Virus record (IMG/VR): IMGVR_UViG_3300042484_001283
Location: 1-54,667 of that record
DNA: 54,667 nt
DNA from: a virus
Taxonomy: Duplodnaviria; Caudoviricetes
Direction: 5' to 3' (one strand)
Position 1 is the stretch's first letter. Each line of letters begins with the position of its first letter. Both the position numbers and the translations under genes were made by a program. Positions 28,570 through 35,894 of this stretch are shown piece by piece. The notes beneath the pieces were generated by a model. The model did no database searches and was not told the origin of the DNA. It was given only the letters and a program-made list of their open reading frames with translations.

Positions 28570-29986
28570 ATGGGGAATCTCTGCTAACGCACATGATGCT
28601 GCTCTGACTGTTGTCGGTGGCAGAGAAATCTTGTTCGCGTCCAGTTCAGAACGGTACAGCGGAATAAAAAATGATAAACATATCAATCAAGAAATAATCG
28701 ACACTGCATTGAAGTTTGGTAAACCAGAGATAATTCACTGGTATGAGAAACCTAAACTTCGAGCAATGCGCAGACTACTTACTGGACAAGGATTTACTCG
28801 TTTCAGTGTTCAGCAGTATCTAAAAGACTTTGGGGTAGATGTTCCTGTCCAGTCTAGCAATCACCATGAATCGCATACTGCTGCAGGATTCTACACTTCA
28901 ACATTCAAATCGGCAACTGCTCTAGTAATTGATGCTATTGGTGAATTTGATACTGCATCTATTTGGACTTGTCACGACAATAACCTGAAGAAAAAGTGGT
29001 CTATGGATTATCCCAAGTCGTTGGGATTATTCTATTCAGCAATGACAGATCGCGCTGGATTGAAACCAAACGAAGACGAATACATTCTAATGGGTATGGC
29101 AGCATATGGTGTCAAACAACGCTACTACGAAGAGATTCTTGGATTGTGGGAAAAAGAAAATCTACATCGCGGTTGTAAGTGGTGGAGACTAGACGATGAT
29201 CCACATCCATACGACATCGCTGCTGCTACTCAACAGATATATGAAGAAGAATTTGAAAAACTACTTCTTCGTGCCAAAAAGATAGACCCAACGCAAAATA
29301 ATCTAGTGTTATCAGGGGGTTGCGCACTTAACTGCTCTGCGAATCATATCGCACTAAAGTATTTCAAGAACGTCTGGATTATGCCAAATCCTGGAGACGC
29401 AGGAAGTAGTCTGGGTGCTATCGCAGCAAACAATCGTAAGAAGTTAAACTGGACTGGACCATATCTCGGTGAAAATATCGAGGGTGAATATCCTGTAGAA
29501 AATCTATTGACTTATCTTAAAAAAGACGGTATAGTGGGTGTTGCAAATGGACGAGCAGAGTTTGGTCCACGTGCGTTAGGCAATCGTAGTTTGTTAGCAG
29601 ATCCAACGAGACATGATATCAAGGATAAAGTCAATGAGATTAAGCGAAGACAAAAGTTTCGACCATTTTCCCCCGTCATTATGGCAGAATATGCAGCAGA
29701 CTATTTTGACATGCCATCTTCGGCATCCCCTTATATGCAATTTACTTCAAGATGTAAATATCCTGATCAATTTCCTGCTATTGTCCACGCTGATGGCACA
29801 AGTCGTGTCCAGACCGTAACTAAAGAGCAGCATCCTGGATTGTATCGACTATTAGAACGATGGTTAGAAGAAACAGGTTGTCCAATGTTACTTAATACAA
29901 GTTTGAACATCAAAGGGTTTCCAATGGTAAATAATCGCAAGGACGCTGATATGTTCTATGGATTATACCGAGTAAAGGTCTTTTAA
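28562..29986 (+). CDS. Carbamoyltransferase (NodU/CmcH/TobZ family)
   Basis: HDAA, HHESH, DAIGE, GGCALN, GDAGSSLG, EFGPRALGNRS, RPFSP, HADGTSRVQTV, LLNTSLN. Confidence 0.92.
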   Translation: MIEWGISANAHDAALTVVGGREILFASSSERYSGIKNDKHINQEIIDTALKFGKPEIIHWYEKPKLRAMRRLLTGQGFTRFSVQQYLKDFGVDVPVQSSNHHESHTAAGFYTSTFKSATALVIDAIGEFDTASIWTCHDNNLKKKWSMDYPKSLGLFYSAMTDRAGLKPNEDEYILMGMAAYGVKQRYYEEILGLWEKENLHRGCKWWRLDDDPHPYDIAAATQQIYEEEFEKLLLRAKKIDPTQNNLVLSGGCALNCSANHIALKYFKNVWIMPNPGDAGSSLGAIAANNRKKLNWTGPYLGENIEGEYPVENLLTYLKKDGIVGVANGRAEFGPRALGNRSLLADPTRHDIKDKVNEIKRRQKFRPFSPVIMAEYAADYFDMPSSASPYMQFTSRCKYPDQFPAIVHADGTSRVQTVTKEQHPGLYRLLERWLEETGCPMLLNTSLNIKGFPMVNNRKDADMFYGLYRVKVF

Positions 29987-29987
29987 T

Positions 29988-29995
29988 AATAAATA
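29988..29995 (+). promoter_or_regulatory. T4-type late promoter variant
   Basis: AATAAATA, with ATG at 30001. Confidence 0.6.
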
Positions 29996-30000
29996 ATGTT

Positions 30001-30279
30001 ATGGGCGAAGTAGTATCATTTCCAGATAGATTTCTATCATATAGAAGATATCGTATATGTTTATATACGGATCTTGAGATAGAACTTGTTGTCACTGCAT
30101 TGAATACTTATCCAGATAGCGATAAGAGGTATACTGCAGATATGTTAACTGCATTAGATCCAATTTTTGTTAGAAAAGCACTTGACTTTTCGGTAGGAAA
30201 CACTATAATTAGTGATGTTGCTAAGATTGCGATAAAAGAAATAATTAACAACATGGAAGAGATTCCTTTTGACGAGTAA
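30001..30279 (+). CDS. Hypothetical protein
   Basis: ORF directly after a late promoter; N-terminal GEVVSFP. Confidence 0.7.
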   Translation: MGEVVSFPDRFLSYRRYRICLYTDLEIELVVTALNTYPDSDKRYTADMLTALDPIFVRKALDFSVGNTIISDVAKIAIKEIINNMEEIPFDE

Positions 30280-30285
30280 TACACT

Positions 30286-30825
30286 ATGAATATTTTTTAC
30301 CTTGACAATAACGTCAAAACTTGTGCCGAATATCACAACGACAAACATGTCGTCAAGATGATTCTAGAGTATGCACAACTACTTTCAACTGCTCATCGTG
30401 TCCTTGATGGTAATGAATACATTGATGCCTCTTCGGGGCGACGCATAAAACGTTGGCGTCTTGGCAATGAGAGTATGGAGAATATGCTTTACAAGGCATC
30501 GCACATTAACCATCCCAGTGCTATTTGGGTTCGGCAGTCTAATAATAATTACAATTGGTTGATGTGTTTGTTTCAAGATCTTTTACAGGAATATACGCAT
30601 CGCTATGGTAAGATCCATGCGACTGATCGCCTAGTATACTGGTTGCGCCAACCTCCTGCCAATATTCCTGTTGGTTATTTCACACAACCAACTCCTGCTA
30701 TGCCTGATGAATACAAAGTTCCTGACTCTATTCAGTCGTATCGGAACTATTATATCGGTGCAAAAAAAACTATGGCAAAATGGAAAAATCGCCCGATTCC
30801 GGAGTGGTGGAGCGTCGCAAGTTAA
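30286..30825 (+). CDS. Pyrimidine dimer DNA glycosylase / DenV-like protein
   Basis: MNIFYLD, DKHVVKMILEYAQLLSTAH, HINHPSAIW, YRNYY. Confidence 0.75.
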   Translation: MNIFYLDNNVKTCAEYHNDKHVVKMILEYAQLLSTAHRVLDGNEYIDASSGRRIKRWRLGNESMENMLYKASHINHPSAIWVRQSNNNYNWLMCLFQDLLQEYTHRYGKIHATDRLVYWLRQPPANIPVGYFTQPTPAMPDEYKVPDSIQSYRNYYIGAKKTMAKWKNRPIPEWWSVAS

Positions 30826-30893
30826 TAAATACTTGTATGGAACAAACAAGAACTCCCATCCCGATTTTAGATTCCGATGTCCTCGGAAATTAG

Positions 30894-30928
30894 AGGCGAC
30901 TCCACCTTATTGTGGCGTCGCCTTTTTC
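30894..30928 (+). terminator. Rho-independent terminator upstream of phoH
   Basis: AGGCGACTCCAC-loop-GTGGCGTCGCCT followed by a T run. Confidence 0.75.
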
Positions 30929-30959
30929 GTATCAACCCTAGAAAAATAAGGACTGCGAA

Positions 30960-31718
30960 ATGGCGCGAAGAAAACAAAATAACCTACAACTCGTCACCCC
31001 ACCACCTGCCACATTTATTCAGGAGAGAAGTTCAAAATGCAAAGTTACACAAAATGATCTTAAAACAATCAATCCTCTAACTGAAAATCAAAGAAAGTTT
31101 TTTGAATTATTTGACAAGCAAGCATCCGCAGTCCTACTACATGGTGTCGCTGGCACTGGTAAAACCTTTATCGCATTATATAAAGCACTTGAAGAAGTAT
31201 TAGAAGATAACAATAAATTTGAGAGAGTGATCATTGTTCGTTCCGCTGTTCCTTCGCGTGAAATTGGTCATCTTCCAGGAGATGAGAAAGAAAAGACAGA
31301 AGTTTACACGTTACCATATGTTGAAATTTGTGAAGATCTGTTTAATCATATTCAACCCTTTGTTCGTCTACAAGAACAAAAAGTTATTCACTTTTTAATC
31401 ACATCATTCGTTCGTGGTATCACTCTAGACAATTCAATTGTAATCGTCGATGAATGTCAGAATATGACAGACATGGAACTCAATTCTGTTATGACTCGTA
31501 TTGGCAAGAACTCAAAAGTTATTTTCTGCGGAGACTTCCGTCAAACTGACCTATATAAGAAGAACGATATGTCTGGATTGCAAAAATTCCTTGCGATTAC
31601 TGACATTATGCCATCGTTCAATACCATCGAATTTAATGTAGACGATATTGTTAGATCTAAACTGGTGAAAGAATATATAGTTGCACGGTTAGAATATGAG
31701 AGTCGTCACGCAGCATAG
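30960..31718 (+). CDS. phoH: PhoH-like ATPase
   Basis: GVAGTGKT, GHLPG, RGITL, DECQN, GDFRQTD, DIVRS. Confidence 0.93.
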   Translation: MARRKQNNLQLVTPPPATFIQERSSKCKVTQNDLKTINPLTENQRKFFELFDKQASAVLLHGVAGTGKTFIALYKALEEVLEDNNKFERVIIVRSAVPSREIGHLPGDEKEKTEVYTLPYVEICEDLFNHIQPFVRLQEQKVIHFLITSFVRGITLDNSIVIVDECQNMTDMELNSVMTRIGKNSKVIFCGDFRQTDLYKKNDMSGLQKFLAITDIMPSFNTIEFNVDDIVRSKLVKEYIVARLEYESRHAA

Positions 31719-31730
31719 AAAGGACAAAAT

Positions 31731-32021
31731 ATGTCACAATTTTTAGAAGATTTCCACGCATCGCTTGGGGATGCATTTACTGGTCTACCAACCCAACCAA
31801 AACAACTAGCACTAGATCGTCCGTCTCAGTTACAATCTCAACTGGATGGGTTAGACGCAGAAGATCCCAACAACGCAGAGTTGATTGCAAAATTGAATAG
31901 AGAAATTGCAGAAGCAAATATCGTGGTTGAAGATGAAAATTATTCCGTACTAGAGAATGATGTTAATTACTTCTTCTTTTATCAATCTAAATTAAAAGAG
32001 TTTATTGACGAAAGGGCTTGA
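31731..32021 (+). CDS. Hypothetical protein
   Basis: AAGGA SD; fills the gap between phoH and the exonuclease gene. Confidence 0.7.
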   Translation: MSQFLEDFHASLGDAFTGLPTQPKQLALDRPSQLQSQLDGLDAEDPNNAELIAKLNREIAEANIVVEDENYSVLENDVNYFFFYQSKLKEFIDERA

Positions 32022-32046
32022 CTTTTCTCCAAAATTATAGTATAAT
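32018..32046 (+). promoter_or_regulatory. Sigma70-type promoter (leaderless gene follows)
   Basis: GGGC-TTGACT-N17-TATAAT; ATG at 32052 with no SD. Confidence 0.85.
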
Positions 32047-32051
32047 GAATT

Positions 32052-32729
32052 ATGTTTAAAACGATATATGATTATAAAGATTTCGCTCAGTCAACTACGA
32101 ACGAAGATGGTAGCAGAGTTTACGTTAATGCCTCTGGTGTAGCGTATCCTTCTGCTACCACCGTTCTTTCTGTATTAAGTCGAGACGGAATTGCCAAATG
32201 GCGTGCTCGTGTTGGTGCTGAAGAAGCAGATAAAATCTCTAACAAGGCATCCACCCGTGGAACCAAGATTCACTCTTTAACAGAGACATATCTCAAAAAC
32301 GAAGATCTAAAAGAAGCGTATACGAGTACAAACGCATCTTTGCTTGACCTTGAGATGTTCAAGAAATTTCTACCCATTCTTGATCCCATCAGTAATATAC
32401 ATTGTCAAGAACTTGCTTTGTATAGCGACCATCTGCGCATGGCAGGTCGAGTTGACTGTATCGCCGAGTATAACGGTCAACGAGCAGTCATTGACTTTAA
32501 AACCTCAGGTAGACTGAAGAAGAAGGAACATATCAGTTCCTACTTTATGCAGACTGCTGCTTATGCAATTATGTATGAAGAACGCACAAGTATTCCTGTT
32601 CCTAACCTTGTAATTCTGATCGCAGTTGAAGATGAAGAACCACAGGTGTTCATTGAGAAACGTGATAACTGGGCAAAGGAATTGCTTAGAACTCGTGATT
32701 ATTATGAAAATGGTTACTATTTAACTTGA
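32052..32729 (+). CDS. PD-(D/E)xK exonuclease (T4-like phage family)
   Basis: YPSATTVL, RGTKIH, AGRVDCI, IDFKTS, QTAAYA. Confidence 0.85.
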   Translation: MFKTIYDYKDFAQSTTNEDGSRVYVNASGVAYPSATTVLSVLSRDGIAKWRARVGAEEADKISNKASTRGTKIHSLTETYLKNEDLKEAYTSTNASLLDLEMFKKFLPILDPISNIHCQELALYSDHLRMAGRVDCIAEYNGQRAVIDFKTSGRLKKKEHISSYFMQTAAYAIMYEERTSIPVPNLVILIAVEDEEPQVFIEKRDNWAKELLRTRDYYENGYYLT

Positions 32730-32756
32730 CTTCTGAAGAAAACTATAGTATAAATA
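32726..32756 (+). promoter_or_regulatory. Composite early/late promoter of the tmRNA
   Basis: TTGACT-N17 followed by TATAAATA, which serves as both -10 box and T4 late box. Confidence 0.75.
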
Positions 32757-32760
32757 TAAT

Positions 32761-33140
32761 ATCAGTTGTTGACAAAGACTGAAAAGTTCTAAGGACTCGG
32801 GGGCAGTACCCGACGCCTCCACCATAGACACACAGATCAAGTCCTTAGCGGGATAAGATCAAAGTTTAATGATGTAAGTTTGGAAAACAGAAGTACAATG
32901 TTTTCTATAGACAGATCGGGCATTAAACACAATAAAGTCAACGACCGATACGGGCGTGTGTCTATGATGGGGGCGAACTAGGATCGACTGGAACACAATA
33001 GGAAATTCGAGACTGATTGACTGGCAAAGTGCCATAAAAAGTAAATGCAAACGATAACGTTGCCTTTGCGCTTGCTGCGTAAGCAGTAAGTCATTGGGTT
33101 TTCGGCGGTTTCCCTCGAAACAGAATAAACCGCCAACCGT
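32761..33140 (+). ncRNA. ssrA: Two-piece, circularly permuted tmRNA of alphaproteobacterial type; tag ANDNVAFALAA
   Basis: T-arm TCGGG-GGCAGTA-CCCGA and CGCCTCC-ACCA end at 32824. They precede the 5' strand GGGGGCG at 32969, which gives a G3:U70 pair. Tag ORF 33047-33082. Outer ends are approximate. Confidence 0.92.
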
Positions 33141-33273
33141 TCTAATTTAGAGTTGAAACGAGACTATCAACGGTCTCAAAACCCTAAATATAATGCACCT
33201 CCAAGGAAAAGTGCCCAGTGTAGGGAGTCACTGGTTAATCCTCTCTCCAGTTTAACAATCCGAGGAATAGTAA

Positions 33274-33873
33274 ATGCCTTCCTTTAATAAGAAGACATTG
33301 AAAATTCTTTCTTCAATTTTACTGATATTTGTAATATATTGTGTAGTTTTAAGTTATGCAAAAGAAAGAATCGAAGACACCGCAATGGCACACACTGTCG
33401 GTGGATATGAAAAAGTCCAAAGCGTAAAAAAACAACAAGAAGAAATAATCCAAAAAAACATTAAAAAAGAAAAAAGGAAGTACCTGTCAAGCAACGCAAA
33501 AGCAATAACATGCCTTGCTGATAATATTTACTACGAGGCAGGTAATGAACCAAGGAATGGTAAAATCGCGGTTGCTGGTGTAACAATGAATCGTGCACGC
33601 AATCCCAAATTCCCATCAAACGTTTGCTCTGTCGTTTATCAGAGAACAAGTAGGGTCTGTCAGTTTAGTTGGACATGTATGCGCCGACCTGCTAAAGACC
33701 CAGTATTATATGCTGAAGCAAAAGATATTGCGAAAAAAGTATTGACTTCCGAGATCAATACGCGTATAGTTGTTAATAAGGACGTTCTATTCTACCACGC
33801 AGACTATGTTAGTCCAGGGTGGAAGTTACAGAGGGTTACTAAAATCGGTAGACATATTTTTTACGCAGGATAG
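33274..33873 (+). CDS. SleB/Hydrolase_2 cell wall hydrolase with an N-terminal membrane anchor
   Basis: CLADNIYYEAGNE, CQFSW, FYHADYVSPGW, IGRHIFY; GAGGA SD. Confidence 0.88.
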   Translation: MPSFNKKTLKILSSILLIFVIYCVVLSYAKERIEDTAMAHTVGGYEKVQSVKKQQEEIIQKNIKKEKRKYLSSNAKAITCLADNIYYEAGNEPRNGKIAVAGVTMNRARNPKFPSNVCSVVYQRTSRVCQFSWTCMRRPAKDPVLYAEAKDIAKKVLTSEINTRIVVNKDVLFYHADYVSPGWKLQRVTKIGRHIFYAG

Positions 33874-33876
33874 ATT

Positions 33877-34143
33877 ATGGTAACGGAAGTAATTCCAATA
33901 ACTGATGAGTTTTTAATAACTAAGCAATTTAAGACGGCAGCAGAGTTCTCCATCTTTATTGAGAAACTTGCAAGAGACTCTAGAACACCCTGTATGGATA
34001 TTCTAATAGACTATTGTGAGAAACGAAATATTGAGGTAGGCTCTGTTGCTAGTCTTATCAGCACTTCTCTCAAAGAAAAGATTAGAGTTGAAGCGCAGCA
34101 ACTCAACATGTTAAAAAACGACGATGGAGTTTTGCCTCTCTGA
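33877..34143 (+). CDS. gp33: Late transcription coactivator gp33
   Basis: FSIFIE...MDILIDYCE...LKEKIRVEA; synteny gp33-gp59-gp32. Confidence 0.85.
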   Translation: MVTEVIPITDEFLITKQFKTAAEFSIFIEKLARDSRTPCMDILIDYCEKRNIEVGSVASLISTSLKEKIRVEAQQLNMLKNDDGVLPL

Positions 34144-34727
34144 TGGACTCACTTCAAGTGTATCAATTGTATCTCTCATTGAGATTACATTTCACCAGAC
34201 CTGATTTTGATATCACCAAATCCCGTAAAGGGGTAAAGGTTTCCAGAGAAGCATTCCTAAAACGTAAAGACTTGTTTGCTCTGCGTAAATTAGGAGAGAC
34301 AAAACAAAAAACTGAGATAATTGATTTTCTAGTTGCCAATTTTGTTTCTGGTAATCAGTGGGGTGGTGTGTTTGATGCAGAGGCAAATGAAGTCTATGCA
34401 GAGTGGCAGATACGAATGCAGAAATTAGGATATACTTTTAAGCAAGATATTCAAACTCTATACGCAGACGGTAATCCATTCGAAGTAATTGATGGGCAAC
34501 ACCCCAAGGTATTAAAACTTTATCTTGGTAAAAAAATATCTCTAGAATCTATTGCTATTTTAGCAAAAATAGGTATAATAGAGAATATAGATTATAGTTC
34601 TTTATCGAATGATTTTATTTGGAATGACTTCGTGCATTTGGTAAAGAAGTATAAACCCTTTGTCAAAATAGACAAAGAGTACTACACCCGCCAACTAAAA
34701 CAGGAGATTGAGATGGTGGTAAATTAA
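34143..34727 (+). CDS. gp59: Helicase loader gp59
   Basis: YLSLRLHFT...FLKRKD...FLVANF...KKYKPF; synteny. Confidence 0.85.
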   Translation: MDSLQVYQLYLSLRLHFTRPDFDITKSRKGVKVSREAFLKRKDLFALRKLGETKQKTEIIDFLVANFVSGNQWGGVFDAEANEVYAEWQIRMQKLGYTFKQDIQTLYADGNPFEVIDGQHPKVLKLYLGKKISLESIAILAKIGIIENIDYSSLSNDFIWNDFVHLVKKYKPFVKIDKEYYTRQLKQEIEMVVN

Positions 34728-34729
34728 CT

Positions 34730-34903
34730 ATGGGTAAGTCTCGTAGAAACGATTATGAAGACCGTGGTTCCGACCGCATTCGACATAATGAAAAAGACGT
34801 AAATAAAATACGTAAAAGCAAAAACAACTTGTATAAATATCTTGGTAGTCGGGAAGATGATTCCGACGACGACCCTTTTTATTATGATACAACGTCAAAA
34901 TAA
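34730..34903 (+). CDS. 57-aa charged hypothetical protein (not in the ORF track)
   Basis: MGKSRRNDYED...DDSDDDPFYYDTTSK*; GGTGG SD; contains TATAAATA at 34832-34839. Confidence 0.6.
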   Translation: MGKSRRNDYEDRGSDRIRHNEKDVNKIRKSKNNLYKYLGSREDDSDDDPFYYDTTSK

Positions 34904-34933
34904 ACATATAACGCAAACATAAGGACAATACAT

Positions 34934-35857
34934 ATGTCAAATAATTCTTTTTCAGCACTCCGCAAGAATAGCGGAAATTTCGACTCGCTCATGAAGGCAG
35001 TCGAATCAATCGCAAACCCCACTACAGAAAAGCGTGGCGATGATGATCGTCTCTGGAAACCGACTGTCGATAAGGCAGGTAACGGTCAAGCAGTGCTTCG
35101 TTTCCTCCCTGCTCCTGCAGGTGAAGAACTTCCGTGGGTTCGCGTATGGGACCATGGTTTCCAAGGTCCAAGTGGTAAGTGGTATATCGAAAACTCTCTT
35201 ACTACGCTAAACAAGCCTGATCCTGTTGGCGAACTGAATTCCGAACTGTGGAACTCAGGTATCGAATCGAACAAGGAAATTGCTCGTAAGCAAAAGCGTC
35301 GCCTTTCTTACATCTCGAACGTTCTTGTTGTTCGCGATCCTGCGAATCCAGAGAACGAAGGTAAGGTCTTCCTCTACAAGTTTGGCAAGAAGATTTTCGA
35401 CAAGATTAAGGACGTGATGCAACCCACGTTTGAAGACGAGAAGCCTGTCAATCCGTTCGATCTTTGGGAAGGTGCTAACTTTAAGTTGCGCATTCGTCAA
35501 GTAGATGGTTATCGTAACTACGATAAGTCGGAATTCGACGGAGCAACTCCTCTTGACGAAAATGAAGATAAGTTGGAAGAGATTTGGGGTAAGACCCATT
35601 CACTTGCTGCGTTCCTGGATCCTTCTAACTTCAAGTCATATGACGAACTGAAGCAGAAGTTGAACACAGTTCTATCTGGTGTTTCCCGTGTTGCTACGGC
35701 AGAAAAGTCTAATCCACTTGATGCTGAAGACGAACTGTTCGTTGAAACTAAGATGAAGTCTGCACCAGCAGCATCCAAGGCGAGCGATGCTGTGCCATGG
35801 AAAGAAGACTCTGACGATGACACGATGAGTTACTTCTCGAGTCTCGCGGACGAATAA
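34934..35857 (+). CDS. gp32: Single-stranded DNA-binding protein gp32
   Basis: DDRLWKP, AVLRFLP, HGFQGP, WYIENSLTT, NYDKSEF, acidic tail SYFSSLADE. Confidence 0.96.
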   Translation: MSNNSFSALRKNSGNFDSLMKAVESIANPTTEKRGDDDRLWKPTVDKAGNGQAVLRFLPAPAGEELPWVRVWDHGFQGPSGKWYIENSLTTLNKPDPVGELNSELWNSGIESNKEIARKQKRRLSYISNVLVVRDPANPENEGKVFLYKFGKKIFDKIKDVMQPTFEDEKPVNPFDLWEGANFKLRIRQVDGYRNYDKSEFDGATPLDENEDKLEEIWGKTHSLAAFLDPSNFKSYDELKQKLNTVLSGVSRVATAEKSNPLDAEDELFVETKMKSAPAASKASDAVPWKEDSDDDTMSYFSSLADE

Positions 35858-35862
35858 AACTG

Positions 35863-35894
35863 AAAGGGGGACTTTTTCAAGTCCCCCTTTTTTT
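35863..35894. terminator. Bidirectional terminator between gp32 and the tape measure gene
   Basis: AAAGGGGGACTT-TTTC-AAGTCCCCCTTTTTTT. Confidence 0.88.

Noticed and set aside
30877-31080. 67-aa ORF overlapping the phoH start
   Set aside because: Crosses a terminator and overlaps phoH out of frame
32790-32824. tRNA-like 3' end with CCA
   Set aside because: No anticodon arm or upstream 5' acceptor strand; it is the acceptor piece of the permuted tmRNA
32859-33050. 63-aa minus-strand ORF
   Set aside because: Lies antisense to the tmRNA, which explains the region
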